Shown one piece after another: positions 50,719-60,960 of a DNA stretch of 64,000 nt. Within the stretch, counting starts at the first letter, position 1. Each line of letters begins with the position of its first letter. The position numbers and the translations under genes are program-made. Source of the stretch: an uncultured Spirochaetota bacterium (GTDB lineage: Bacteria > Spirochaetota > Spirochaetia > SZUA-6 > Fen-1364); assembly GCA_963845535.1 (NCBI GenBank), contig CAWJSK010000019.1, forward strand, positions 256,001 to 320,000, read 5' to 3'. Under the pieces are notes generated by a model that did not search any database, had not been told where the DNA came from, and was given only the letters and a program-made list of their open reading frames with translations.

Positions 50719-52060
50719 ACCGGTGCATCTTCTCATAGAGAGTCTTCCTGCTGATACCGAGGGCTGAAGCGGTCTTTGTAACGTTCCCGCTGTTCTTCTG
50801 CAAAACGCTTCGGATGATCCTCTTTTCCATTTCGCCGCTGTGGCGCGCCATCATGGAGCGAAGATCACCATCAATCTGCATCTCATCCTCCGGGGGAGCG
50901 CCGTCACCCAGCTCCAACCCGGCAATTTCTTCCCCGTCGCTCAGGATCACCGCGTTGGTGATCACGTTCCTGAGCTGCCGTATGTTCCCCGGCCAGTGGT
51001 ACGCCATGAGACGCCTCATGACGGAGTCAGGGATGCTGCGAACGGACCTGCCGTAGGTGACGTTCGCCTCTTCGACGAAGAGCTGCACAAGGGAGGGGAT
51101 GTCGCGGGGGCGCTCCCGCAGGGGCGGAAGCTTCAGCGTGACGGTGCTCAGGCGGTAGTACAGGTCCTCCCGGAAAGCCCCTTCGGCGCGCAGCGTCGTC
51201 AGGTCCTTGTTCGTGGCCGCAATGAGGCGGCAGTACACGGACACCGGCTTGGTTCCGCCCACGCGTTCGAGCGTCTTTTCCTGGAGCACGCGCAGGAGCT
51301 TGGCCTGCATGGTCAGGCTCATGTCGCCCACCTCGTCCAGGAACAGCGTGCCGTTGCCCGCAAGCTCGAAGCGGCCGATCTTGCGCGCCACGGCGCCCGA
51401 GAAAGCGCCCTTCTCATGGCCGAACATCTCGCTTTCCAGGAGGTTCTCGTTCAGGGACGCGCAGTTCAGCCCTACGAACGGCCTGTCCCGATAGGTTCCG
51501 GCATAGTGGATGCTTTTCGCGACCACCTCCTTGCCGGTGCCCGTTTCTCCCAGGAGCAGCAAGGGGACGTCCGAATCCCGGACCTTCAGGATCACTTTCT
51601 CGATCTCCTTCATCTGGGGAGACGAGCTTGGGGCGAGCTGCGTGCGCACGCTCGTGCGCAGGGACTCGCGGAAGGCCAACGTGGACTGCCTGTCGCTGAG
51701 AGCCGAGCGCTCCTTGTCCAGGACGGACAGAAGCAGGGCATTGTCGATGGGCTTGGAGATGTAGTTGGTTGCCCCCGCCTGCATGCACTGCACGGCGCTT
51801 GCCACGTCCCCGTGGCCCGTAATGATGATGATGGGGACGGCGGGTTCTTCCGCCTTCAGGCTCCTGAGGAGCGGAAGCCCGTCCTCTCCGCCGAGCTTGA
51901 GGTCAAGGAGCACGAGGTGGACCTCCGCGCTTGCCATGATCCTGCGCGCCTCCGCGGAGGTGGAAGCCTCCAGGGCGCGGTATCCCTGGAGCGCGAGAAT
52001 CTTGGAGAGGCCGCTGCGCAGTCCCGGTTCGTCATCCACGATGAGGATGTTCATGTACAT
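50708..52060 (-). CDS. Sigma54-dependent response regulator (NtrC/AtoC family)
   Basis: REC domain, GETGTGKE, ESEMFGHEKGAFSGA, LFLDEVG, WPGNIRQL, Fis-type HTH. Confidence 0.95.
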   Translation of the reverse strand: MYMNILIVDDEPGLRSGLSKILALQGYRALEASTSAEARRIMASAEVHLVLLDLKLGGEDGLPLLRSLKAEEPAVPIIIITGHGDVASAVQCMQAGATNYISKPIDNALLLSVLDKERSALSDRQSTLAFRESLRTSVRTQLAPSSSPQMKEIEKVILKVRDSDVPLLLLGETGTGKEVVAKSIHYAGTYRDRPFVGLNCASLNENLLESEMFGHEKGAFSGAVARKIGRFELAGNGTLFLDEVGDMSLTMQAKLLRVLQEKTLERVGGTKPVSVYCRLIAATNKDLTTLRAEGAFREDLYYRLSTVTLKLPPLRERPRDIPSLVQLFVEEANVTYGRSVRSIPDSVMRRLMAYHWPGNIRQLRNVITNAVILSDGEEIAGLELGDGAPPEDEMQIDGDLRSMMARHSGEMEKRIIRSVLQKNSGNVTKTASALGISRKTLYEKMHRYGF

Positions 52061-54140
52061 TGAGAGTCACCTCCACCTCCGTGCCCGTCCCGGGGCGGCT
52101 TTCCACGCGGATGTCCCCGCCGCAGCGCTTGACGATGGCATAGCAGATCGAGAGGCCCAGGCCGTTTCCCTGGCTCGCGTTCTTCGTCGTGAAGAAGGGA
52201 TCGAAGATGCTCCTCATGTGCGCCTCGTCGATCCCCACCCCGTTGTCGGCAACGGACAGCACCGCCTTTCCTTCGGGGCAGCGGCGCGTGCGGATGCGGA
52301 TGGTCCCGCCGTCGGCGCAGGCCTCGCAGGCGTTCAGCATGATGTTGAGCACGACCTGCTTCAGCTCGTCCGGCGGGCAGACTACCGCGCCAAGCTCCTC
52401 CGCAAGATCCGAGGAGAGCTGGAGGCTGCGTTTTTCCAGCGTGAAACGGAGGAGGTCCACGGTCTGGCCGGCAATGAGGTTCAGGTCCGCCACGTGGTCA
52501 CCCTCGGTTGCCGGCGTCGAATAGGCTCGGATGCGCTTGATGATCGCGGCGATCCGGTTTGTCTCGCTTTCGATCCAGAAAAGAGAGTCGAGCTTCTCCC
52601 GCCCTTTCTCCACCGCCTTCAGGTAGTTGACGTGGGAGAGGATGGACCCCAGGGGGTTGTTGATCTCATGAGCCATCCCGGCCGACAGGATCCCCAGGGA
52701 CGTGACCTTGTCCGCTATCGTCGCCCCGGCCCAGAACCGCTCCGACGCGGTGACGTCCTCCAGCACGATGAGTGACCCTTTGCGGTTCCCCGAGAGCCCG
52801 AGGGGGGTAAGCTTCGCCGTGAAGTGCAGCGGATCATCCCCGTTTCGCCGCAGGGAGAGCCCCTCGATGATGGCCTCCTGCTCGAAGGAGAACGCCGGGG
52901 CCGCGGGGGCTCCGTCACGAAGCGTGAAAAGCCCTGATACTTTCTCCCGAAAGCCCTGCCCGCGGAGACTGTGTCTCTCCTCCCCGGTCAGCTCCGCAAA
53001 ATAGCTGTTGCAAAACTCGATGGTCCCCTGCGCGTCAGCGACGACAATGGCCGCCCGGATGCCGTTCATGATCCGTTCGTTGTACGCGTTGAGCTGCCGT
53101 ATCTGGTCCAGTTGGTCGCTGACGGTGTGCTTTTCCGCAATCAGCGTGCTCACCATTGCGTGGAAAGCGCCGGCAAGGAAACCGGTCTCATCCCGGGACC
53201 GGATGTCAAGCTTCCCGACCTCGCCGGTGTCCATGTATCGATGAAGCCACTGGGAGAGGCGGCTGAAAGGGGACACGGCGAGGCTCGTGACGCCGGCGGC
53301 AAGGAACAGGGAGGCTGCCAGCGTGATCAGGATGGCCGTGAGGTAGGAGAACAGGAAGCCCTTGATGTAAAGCTGCTCCGGCAGCGCGGAGCGCAGAGAC
53401 ACGAGGTACAGCTTGTCCCGCAGGTCCGCCGAAAGCGGGCTCGAATAGACGCTGTAGGGCTGGTCTCCAAAGCGCACCGTGGGGCCTCGAAGCGGTCCGT
53501 AGGACCGGAAGGACTGGAACTCGTCCGAAAAGACGACCGGGACGCTCCCGACATACAGCGCCACGTACGTGCCTGTCTTTTCCAGGATCTCCGCGATAAG
53601 GTCCCTGTCCACGTTCGTGACGAGGTACAGGTGCCAGGGGAGGGCGCCACTCCCTCGCAGAATTGCCGTCCCGGTGACGAGGTAGAGCCGCATGGTGCCC
53701 CCGGCATCCGCGGAGGTGACGAAGAGATTGCGGGGGAAGCGGAAGTCCCGTGGATTGAGCATGACCGTGGGCAGGCCGTCGTCCGCGGAGAGCCCCGAGC
53801 GTTCATCCGCCACCACTGACCCGTGGCCGTCCACCAGCACGATCCTGTCCACGCTGGAGAGGCTGATGAAGTGATGGAGCAGGCCGCGAAGGTAGTCCCC
53901 TGACGCGCCGGCGGTCTCACCCTCCTGGAGCAGAAACGTCAGCTGATAGAGGTCGCTGTAGAGGCTGTGCTTCATCTCCTCGATGTAAGCCCGTGCCCTG
54001 TCCCAGTCCCTGTGCAGGGCCGTCTCCATGGCCCTGCGCGTCGTGTGGAGGAAAGAGCTGAGGGTCAGGGTCCCCGTGACTGCAATCTGCAGCAGGAGCG
54101 TCCCGAGAATGCCTGCAAGGAGCTTGGTCCTCAAACGCAT
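52032..54140 (-). CDS. Sensor histidine kinase with periplasmic, HAMP and PAS domains
   Basis: AGMAHEINNPL, QVVLNIMLNA, DNGVGI, FDPFFTTK, GNGLGLSI. Confidence 0.93.
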   Translation of the reverse strand: MRLRTKLLAGILGTLLLQIAVTGTLTLSSFLHTTRRAMETALHRDWDRARAYIEEMKHSLYSDLYQLTFLLQEGETAGASGDYLRGLLHHFISLSSVDRIVLVDGHGSVVADERSGLSADDGLPTVMLNPRDFRFPRNLFVTSADAGGTMRLYLVTGTAILRGSGALPWHLYLVTNVDRDLIAEILEKTGTYVALYVGSVPVVFSDEFQSFRSYGPLRGPTVRFGDQPYSVYSSPLSADLRDKLYLVSLRSALPEQLYIKGFLFSYLTAILITLAASLFLAAGVTSLAVSPFSRLSQWLHRYMDTGEVGKLDIRSRDETGFLAGAFHAMVSTLIAEKHTVSDQLDQIRQLNAYNERIMNGIRAAIVVADAQGTIEFCNSYFAELTGEERHSLRGQGFREKVSGLFTLRDGAPAAPAFSFEQEAIIEGLSLRRNGDDPLHFTAKLTPLGLSGNRKGSLIVLEDVTASERFWAGATIADKVTSLGILSAGMAHEINNPLGSILSHVNYLKAVEKGREKLDSLFWIESETNRIAAIIKRIRAYSTPATEGDHVADLNLIAGQTVDLLRFTLEKRSLQLSSDLAEELGAVVCPPDELKQVVLNIMLNACEACADGGTIRIRTRRCPEGKAVLSVADNGVGIDEAHMRSIFDPFFTTKNASQGNGLGLSICYAIVKRCGGDIRVESRPGTGTEVEVTLNVHEHPHRG

Positions 54141-54209
54141 GAGAGTCGGGCGATCACGAGCGCCGGCGCCGCCACCGGCTCTTGAGCCAGAAATCCCGCG
54201 GCGGGCACG

Positions 54210-55394
54210 TTACCGCCGCGTCCGCCGTGTCGTCACGTCGAAGATGACGGCCCCGGCCAGGACAGCGCCTCGGACGATGTACTGGGTGGAAATGTCGGTC
54301 TGCATGAGGTTCATTCCGCTCGTCAGGGAGATGTACACCAGGGCGCCAATGAGGCTTCCCGTGATCTTGCCAACGCCGCCCGCGGCGGACACGCCGCCGA
54401 TGTAGGCGGCGGCGATTGAATCCAGCTCGAAGAGCGTGCCCGCCGTGGTGGTTGCGGATTGGAGCCGGGAGGCGAAGAGGATGCCCGAAAGGCCGGACAG
54501 CATGCCCATGGAGGCGAACACCAGGTAGGTGATGCGCTTCACGTTGATGCCGGAGAGCTCCGCCGCCTCGGGGTTTCCGCCCACCGCGTAGATGTGCCGT
54601 CCCAGGACGGTCTGGTTGGCGACGAAGTCATAGACCCACACCACCACGAGCACAATGACGAGCGTCCAGGAAAGGCCGTTATAGCCGGCAAGCACCCAGG
54701 TGATAAGCCCCAGGACCACGGACAGGAAGACGAGCTTGAGCGCGAACATGTCGGCGGGCATGACCTCGAAGTTGTACGCCAGCTTGGCCTTGCGGCTCCT
54801 GATCTGGCTTATGATGAACCAGACGATGGCCACGGCGCCCAGGATGAGCGTCACCTTGTGCGCGCCGGGAAGGAAGCTGACCCCGGGGAAAAGGTCGGGG
54901 ATATACCCGTTTCCGATGGCGGTGAAAATCTTGTCCGGGATGATGATGGTGCCGGTGTTGAGCGTGACGAGCAGCAGCGCGCCGCGGTAGATGAGCCAGC
55001 CCGCCAGGGAAGCCACGAACGACGGGATGCCGAGCTGGGCCACGGGGAACGCGGTGAGGAGCCCGGCGGCAACCCCGAGCACAAGCACGAGCAGGATGGC
55101 GAAGAACACCGGCACGTGCCAGAACACCAGCGCGATTGCGGCGATGGCCCCGAGGAACCCTGAGAGGAAGCCGACAGACAGGTCGATGTGGCGGATCACG
55201 ATGACGAGCGTCATCCCCACGGCGAGCACGGCTATGTAGCCGGTCTGGTTCATGAGGTTGGAGATGTTGCGCGACGAGATGAAGAGGCCGTGCGTGGTAA
55301 CGGTGAAAAAGGCCATGATGATGAACAGCGCGATGTACATGCCGTAATCGCGGATGTTCTGGCGGGCGGCTTTCTGCAGGTCATTGACAGTCAC
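54210..55394 (-). CDS. Monosaccharide ABC permease (GguB/XylH-like)
   Basis: IDLSVG, IPSFVASLAG, GRHIYAVGGN.EAA.LSGI, ELDSIAAAYIGG. Confidence 0.93.
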   Translation of the reverse strand: MTVNDLQKAARQNIRDYGMYIALFIIMAFFTVTTHGLFISSRNISNLMNQTGYIAVLAVGMTLVIVIRHIDLSVGFLSGFLGAIAAIALVFWHVPVFFAILLVLVLGVAAGLLTAFPVAQLGIPSFVASLAGWLIYRGALLLVTLNTGTIIIPDKIFTAIGNGYIPDLFPGVSFLPGAHKVTLILGAVAIVWFIISQIRSRKAKLAYNFEVMPADMFALKLVFLSVVLGLITWVLAGYNGLSWTLVIVLVVVWVYDFVANQTVLGRHIYAVGGNPEAAELSGINVKRITYLVFASMGMLSGLSGILFASRLQSATTTAGTLFELDSIAAAYIGGVSAAGGVGKITGSLIGALVYISLTSGMNLMQTDISTQYIVRGAVLAGAVIFDVTTRRTRR

Positions 55395-55412
55395 GATGCT
55401 CCTCCTCAGGCC

Positions 55413-56933
55413 CTAGCTTGTTGCCAGCTGCATGATCTTTTCTTGCGTCGCTTCCGAGGCCGGCACCTCACCCGTGATCCTGCCGGTGGAAACGACATAA
55501 ATGCGGTCACTCATGCCCAGGACCTCGGGCAGCTCGGAGGATATCATGATGATGCTCATCCCCTCGCTCACGAGCCTGTTCATGATGGTGTAGATCTCAT
55601 ATTTCGCGCCGACGTCGATGCCCCGCGTGGGCTCATCCAGGATGAGCACCTCGGGCTTGACGAACAGCCATTTTGCCACGGACACCTTCTGCTGGTTCCC
55701 GCCGCTCAGGTTGTTGACCGTCTGCTCCATGCTCGGCGTCTTGATGCTGAGCGCGTTGATGTATTCCTCCGCAACCTTGACCTCGCGGTTGGTGTTGACC
55801 ACTCCCCGCACCGCGATCTCCCTCAGGTTGGCGAGCGTGATGTTCTGCTTCACGTCCTGGATCAGGATGAGCCCGTTCTTCTTCCTGTCTTCCGTGGTGT
55901 AGGCCACCGAGTGCATGATGGCGTCGTGCGGCCTCTTGAAATGGCGCACCTCGCCCTTGATTCGAAGCTCGCCTGAAATTTCGTAGCCGTCGGGGTTCCC
56001 GAAGATGCTCTTGGCAAGCTCCGTGCGGCCTGATCCCATCAAGCCGGCCATTCCGACGATCTCTCCCTTCTTGACGTTGAAGGAGACGTCCTTGAGCACC
56101 GCCCGCCCGAGGTTGGGGTCATACGCGTTCCAGTTCCTGACCTCCAGGACAACCTGGTCCGAGCGGCGATGCTCGCGCCGGGGATAGATGTTGTCGATTT
56201 CCCGCCCGACCATGTGCTTGATGAGCACCCCTTCGGAAACCTCGCCCTTGGCCGCGTTCAACGTGCAGATGGTCTGGCCGTCACGGAGCACGGTGACCGT
56301 GTCCGCGATCCTGATGACCTCTTTCAGCTTATGGGAGATGAGGACGCAGGTGACCCCGTGCTGCTTGAGGCCGCGCAGCAGGTCAAGCAGGTTGTCGCAG
56401 TCATCCTCATTCAGGGCCGCGGTTGGCTCATCCAGGATGAGCAGCTTCACGTCCCGGGAAAGGGCCTTGGCAATCTCCACGAGCTGCTGCTTGCCGATGC
56501 CGAGGTCCTTCACCTTCGTGGAAGGGTTCACGGACAACCGCACCCGCCCGAGCATCTCCACGGCCTTTTTCACCGTTTCATTCCAGTCCACGGTGAGGCC
56601 GTTCGATATCTCGTGGCCGAGGAAGATGTTCTCATAGATCGTCATGTCGGGGACCAGGGCCAGCTCCTGATAGATGATGGCGATCCCCGCCCTTTCACTG
56701 TCCGCGATGGCATGGAACTGCTGGACCTTGTTGCCGAAGACGATCTCACCGGTGTAGTCCCCGTAGCGATGCACGCCGCTCAGGACCTTCATGAGCGTGG
56801 ATTTTCCCGCCCCGTTTTCACCCACGAGACAGTGGATCTCCCGCTCTGAGACCTGGAAGCTGACGTTGTTCAACGCCGTGACTCCCGGGAAGGTTTTCGT
56901 GATGTTCTTCATCTCCAACAAGGGGGTACTCAT
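55413..56933 (-). CDS. Monosaccharide ABC ATP-binding protein (GguA/XylG-like)
   Basis: Start MSTPLLEMK at 56933; GENGAGKST, LSGGNQQKV, DEPTRGIDVGAK. Confidence 0.94.
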   Translation of the reverse strand: MSTPLLEMKNITKTFPGVTALNNVSFQVSEREIHCLVGENGAGKSTLMKVLSGVHRYGDYTGEIVFGNKVQQFHAIADSERAGIAIIYQELALVPDMTIYENIFLGHEISNGLTVDWNETVKKAVEMLGRVRLSVNPSTKVKDLGIGKQQLVEIAKALSRDVKLLILDEPTAALNEDDCDNLLDLLRGLKQHGVTCVLISHKLKEVIRIADTVTVLRDGQTICTLNAAKGEVSEGVLIKHMVGREIDNIYPRREHRRSDQVVLEVRNWNAYDPNLGRAVLKDVSFNVKKGEIVGMAGLMGSGRTELAKSIFGNPDGYEISGELRIKGEVRHFKRPHDAIMHSVAYTTEDRKKNGLILIQDVKQNITLANLREIAVRGVVNTNREVKVAEEYINALSIKTPSMEQTVNNLSGGNQQKVSVAKWLFVKPEVLILDEPTRGIDVGAKYEIYTIMNRLVSEGMSIIMISSELPEVLGMSDRIYVVSTGRITGEVPASEATQEKIMQLATS

Positions 56934-56979
56934 GGCGGCTCCGGTAAAGCGTCGGAAAAAAGGATTATCCGATAGTACA

Positions 56980-57011
56980 GGAACGGCGGCGGAGTTGTCC
57001 ACCGCCGTTCC
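56980..57011 (-). terminator. Intercistronic stem-loop after the SBP gene
   Basis: GGAACGGCGGCGGA-GTTG-TCCACCGCCGTTCC, 14-bp arms with 1 mismatch. Confidence 0.6.
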
Positions 57012-57048
57012 TTCCGAAATCAGGAAATGATTCTTCGAACCGTGTGGC

Positions 57049-58158
57049 TTAGAGCCCCGTGAAGGCGCTGGCCGGCCAGTAGCCGGAGTCGATGATGGTC
57101 TGCTTCACGTTGTCCTTGGTCACAGTGACGATGGCCGACGGCTTCGCGGGGACGTCGATCTTTCCGTTGTTGTAGGTCGTCGTCTGCGGAGGAGTCGTGC
57201 CCTTGAGGTAGGCTACCGCGGCGTTGATGGCGTCATCAACGAGGACGCGCACGTCCTTCAGGACGGTCATGGACTGCTTGCCATCGATGATGTACTGGAT
57301 GGAAGCCTTCTCGGCGTCCTGTCCCGTGATGTAGTACTTCGTGACGGCCTTGTCAGCGGCGAACGCGTCAGCAATGGCGCGGGCGGTGCCGTCATTCGGC
57401 GCGCAGATGTATACGGTGCCCTTGGCATCCGGGGTCGCGGCCGTCAGGTCAGCTTCCGCCTTGTTCTTCGCGGTGTTGAAATCCCAGTTCGTGGTGACCT
57501 GGCCAATGATCTTCGCCTCTTCCTCACGGGAGAGCATTGCCTTGTTCATGAGCCCCACGGCTTCGCTGGAGTTGCGGATGACGAACGTCCCGTCAGCGAT
57601 CTTGGGCTGCAGAACGCTCCAGGCGCCCTGGAAGAACAGGAACGCGTTGTTGTCCGAGGCAGCGCCAGCATACAGGTACAGGTTGTTTCCCGTGCCGGTG
57701 GCCTTTCCGACGAGGTAGGTTCCCCACGCCGCTCCCACTGCCACGCTGTCGAAGGTCACGTAGTAGTCAACGGAGGCGGTGTCACGGATCAACCTGTCGT
57801 ACGAGATGACCTTTATGCCAGCCTGATGCGCTTCATCCGCGGCGGCTGCCGCGGCAGAGGCGTCCTGGGGGCAGATCACGATGACCTTCACGCCGCTTGA
57901 GATCAGGGATTCGACGTTGGCCTTTTCCTTCGCCGAGTCGCCCTGGCTGAAGAGGATCTGCACGTTGTAGCCGAGCTTCTTGAATGCATCCTGGAACCTT
58001 GTCTGGTCCTGGATCCACCTCGGCTCATCCTTCGTGGGAAGGACAACGCCTACGGCAAGTTTGCCGCCAGCCGCGCCTTCTTTTGCGCCGCCGGCGAACA
58101 CTGCCACTGGCAGAGCCAGCGCCAGGAGAGCCAAAACTAGAACGATTCTTCTCATCAT
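57049..58158 (-). CDS. Monosaccharide-binding protein (ChvE/XylF-like)
   Basis: LPTKDEPRWIQD, ISYDRLI, DNNA.LF, PNDGTA, TGQDAE, QSMTVLKD; SD GGAGG. Confidence 0.92.
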   Translation of the reverse strand: MMRRIVLVLALLALALPVAVFAGGAKEGAAGGKLAVGVVLPTKDEPRWIQDQTRFQDAFKKLGYNVQILFSQGDSAKEKANVESLISSGVKVIVICPQDASAAAAAADEAHQAGIKVISYDRLIRDTASVDYYVTFDSVAVGAAWGTYLVGKATGTGNNLYLYAGAASDNNAFLFFQGAWSVLQPKIADGTFVIRNSSEAVGLMNKAMLSREEEAKIIGQVTTNWDFNTAKNKAEADLTAATPDAKGTVYICAPNDGTARAIADAFAADKAVTKYYITGQDAEKASIQYIIDGKQSMTVLKDVRVLVDDAINAAVAYLKGTTPPQTTTYNNGKIDVPAKPSAIVTVTKDNVKQTIIDSGYWPASAFTGL

Positions 58159-58303
58159 TTTTGAGAGCCTCCTTGAAGGCTTCATACAAGCAAAGCGCGT
58201 GCCAGGAGGGTGATGCGGGTGAATATGTTAATTCCTGACTCAACTTGAAGTTAGAGATAGGGCTAAAGCGTCTCTGGTGACGTTTTTTACTCCCATAAGA
58301 AAG

Positions 58304-58396
58304 TGTTTCCTGGAGGAAACATCCGGTGACTCCTGGTGCAGGAATCTGCAAGAATGCGTTTACTTTTGGAAACACTTGTGTTTCCTAAACGAAACA
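58304..58396. promoter_or_regulatory. Three copies of the palindromic operator TGTTTCC-N4-GGAAACA upstream of the ChvE/GguAB operon
   Basis: TGTTTCCTGGAGGAAACA (58304), CGTTTACTTTTGGAAACA (58357), TGTTTCCTAAACGAAACA (58379) in an AT-rich intergenic region. Confidence 0.7.
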
Positions 58397-58423
58397 CAAT
58401 GATTCAGCAACGCACCGTCGGCC

Positions 58424-59716
58424 TCATTCTCTCACGTAGGGCTGGCCGTCGGCGGCGGGGGGGATGACGCGTCCCACGAGGCCGGCCACGGCGAGAATCG
58501 TCGCCAGGTAGGGGAACATCGAGAGGAAAGGCGAGGGGATAGGCACGTTCAGGACCGACAGGGTGAACTGCAGGGCATCCGAGAATCCGAACAGGAGCGC
58601 CGCTCCCAGGGCGCCGAGCGGCCGCCACCTGCCGAAGATCATGGCGGCGAGCGCAATGTAGCCGAGGCCCGACGTCATGTTCGGCGCGAACTGCCCGGTG
58701 GAGCCGATGGTGAACGAGGCCCCGCCAATGCCCGCCACAATACCGCCGAGGATCACGTTGCCGTATCGGATCCGATTGACGTTGATGCCCACGGTGTCCG
58801 CCGCGCGCGGGTGCTCGCCCACGGCGCGTACGCGCAGGCCCCACCGCGTACTGAATAGGGCGAGCTGGACGACGACCAGGATGATGATCGTCAGGTAGAC
58901 GAATATGTTCTGGTTGAACAGGATGGGTCCGATCACCGGGATCTGGTCAAGCAGCGGGATGGAGATGGGGCCGAACACCGCCGGGCTGTTCAACGCGGCC
59001 TGGTGAGGCACCAGCAGGCTCTGCAAGAAAAAGCTCGTCAGTCCCAGCGCAAAGGCGTCCAACACCACTCCCACGATGATCTGGTCCGCTCCATACGTGA
59101 TAGTGAACACGCCGAGCATAAGGCCGATCAGGCCGCCCGCTGCGGCCCCCGCGACCAGACCCGCCCACAGGTTGTGCGTGGCGCTCGCGATGAGGGCTCC
59201 GAAGAACGCCGCGATCAGGAATTGGCCCTCGATGGCGATGTTGATCACCCCGGAGCGCTCGCAAAGCAGGCCGGAGAGCGCCCCAAGGGTGAGCGGCACG
59301 GTCTGGATGAGCATCGTCAGCAGGAGCCCTTCGACGTCGACCGTCGCGTTGCGGCCGGACCACGCCAGGAACGCCACGCCGGTCAGGGCGAGTCCGGTCC
59401 CCAGGAGGAGGTAGGTGCGCTTGTTGGACCGCCAGAACATCTGGAGGAATCCCAGGAGAGCGCACGCGATTCCGATGGCGACGAGCACGGCGAGCACGGG
59501 AAGCGAAAGGACCGGCAGGGGGCTGGCCGGCGGGGCGTTGAACTGGAACATCGTCCGCTGGTCAGGCGACGTGCCGAGAGCGAAGAGGAGCAGGACGATG
59601 GCTGCGAGCACGAACAGGGCGATTGCGAAACCTCTCCGCCGGATGGCGGCGAGGTCCTTTCGGAGCTTCCGCTCCGGTGCGGGTCCCGGTAACCCTGCGG
59701 CGCGTTCGCTGCTCAT
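58424..59716 (-). CDS. Nucleoside-type (BMP-associated) ABC permease
   Basis: CERSGVINIAIEG, GLRVRAVGEHP.AADTVG, GYIALAAMIFG.W.P. Confidence 0.92.
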   Translation of the reverse strand: MSSERAAGLPGPAPERKLRKDLAAIRRRGFAIALFVLAAIVLLLFALGTSPDQRTMFQFNAPPASPLPVLSLPVLAVLVAIGIACALLGFLQMFWRSNKRTYLLLGTGLALTGVAFLAWSGRNATVDVEGLLLTMLIQTVPLTLGALSGLLCERSGVINIAIEGQFLIAAFFGALIASATHNLWAGLVAGAAAGGLIGLMLGVFTITYGADQIIVGVVLDAFALGLTSFFLQSLLVPHQAALNSPAVFGPISIPLLDQIPVIGPILFNQNIFVYLTIIILVVVQLALFSTRWGLRVRAVGEHPRAADTVGINVNRIRYGNVILGGIVAGIGGASFTIGSTGQFAPNMTSGLGYIALAAMIFGRWRPLGALGAALLFGFSDALQFTLSVLNVPIPSPFLSMFPYLATILAVAGLVGRVIPPAADGQPYVRE

Positions 59717-60960
59717 CCCGCCCACCCTCCGAACACTTTCCGTGCCCCGCGCGAAACCCGGATGCGATAGATGGTCCGGATGACTCCCGGCGCGGCCACG
59801 AACAGCACGAGGACGGCCTGCAGCACCTGGACGAGCTGGAGAGGGATGCCAGTGTTCACCTGCATGGTCCTGCCTCCCGCGGTGAATGCGCCGAAGAGAA
59901 GCGCGGACAGCGCGACCCCGAGAGGCGATCCGCGGCCCAGGATGGCGATCGTGATCCCGTCAAAGCCCGTGGTCCCGCCGTAGAGGGGCGCCATGCGGAA
60001 ATCCACGCCCAGGATCATGAACGCGCCGGCAAGCCCAACGAGCATCCCGGCGAGCGTCATGGCAAGCACGTAGTGGCGTTCGATTGCCACTCCCGACACG
60101 CGCGCCGCGTCCCGGTTCAGGCCCAGCATCCTGAAGCGGAAGCCGAGGGTGCTGCGCTGCAGGAGCCACGCGACGCCGAGCACGAGGCCCACCGCGAGCA
60201 GCACTCCCGCGTTCACGCGCAGGGCCGGGCCGGCGATGTGCGGGAGCCGTGCTGCTTCCACCACCGTTTTCGAGATGGCCTGGACGCGCGGAGGCGCCTG
60301 GTAGATCTCCGTCTGCAGGAGATAGGTGAGGAGGTTGAGGCCGACGTAATTCAACATCATTGAAGTGATGACCTCGTGGGCCCCGGTGCGCGCCTTGAGA
60401 AAGCCGGGGATGAACCCCCAGGCCGCCCCGAACGCGGCGCCGGCGATGATGGCCAGCGGCAGATGGACGGCCGCCGGAAGGGCCGGGAACGAGAATCCGG
60501 CGAGGACGGCCCCCGCGGCGCCCAGGATGACCTGTCCCTGGCCCCCGATGTCGAAAAGACCGGCCCGGAACGCCAGCGCGATCCCCAGGCCCGAGAGGAC
60601 GAGCGGGGTGGTGGAGACAAGGGTCTCCGAGAGGGGCTGGAACGCTCGCACGAAATCCGCGGTCTTCCCGGTCCTGAACGCCCGGGCGATCACGCTCGGG
60701 TTGCCGATGGAGCCGGAGAACAGCGAGCCGTACGCGTTGGCAATGGCATTCCCGGTCCGGACCACGGCTTCTCCCGGCGCGCTGAAGACATTCCGCCACG
60801 CTTGGGCCGCCTCCGGAGTCGCCAGCACGATGATGATGGCCCCGACGATCAAGGCGCTGACGAAGGCGAGCACCGTGATGACGAACGTGTTGCCCGTGAG
60901 CAAAAGCTCATACACCCGCCGCCGGAGCGGCGGGCGGGACAACCGGTCCGGGCCGCTCAC
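59713..60960 (-). CDS. Nucleoside-type (BMP-associated) ABC permease
   Basis: FRAGLFDIGGQGQ, GAHEVITSMMLN, GFDGITIAILG; GTG start. Confidence 0.92.
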   Translation of the reverse strand: MSGPDRLSRPPLRRRVYELLLTGNTFVITVLAFVSALIVGAIIIVLATPEAAQAWRNVFSAPGEAVVRTGNAIANAYGSLFSGSIGNPSVIARAFRTGKTADFVRAFQPLSETLVSTTPLVLSGLGIALAFRAGLFDIGGQGQVILGAAGAVLAGFSFPALPAAVHLPLAIIAGAAFGAAWGFIPGFLKARTGAHEVITSMMLNYVGLNLLTYLLQTEIYQAPPRVQAISKTVVEAARLPHIAGPALRVNAGVLLAVGLVLGVAWLLQRSTLGFRFRMLGLNRDAARVSGVAIERHYVLAMTLAGMLVGLAGAFMILGVDFRMAPLYGGTTGFDGITIAILGRGSPLGVALSALLFGAFTAGGRTMQVNTGIPLQLVQVLQAVLVLFVAAPGVIRTIYRIRVSRGARKVFGGWAG

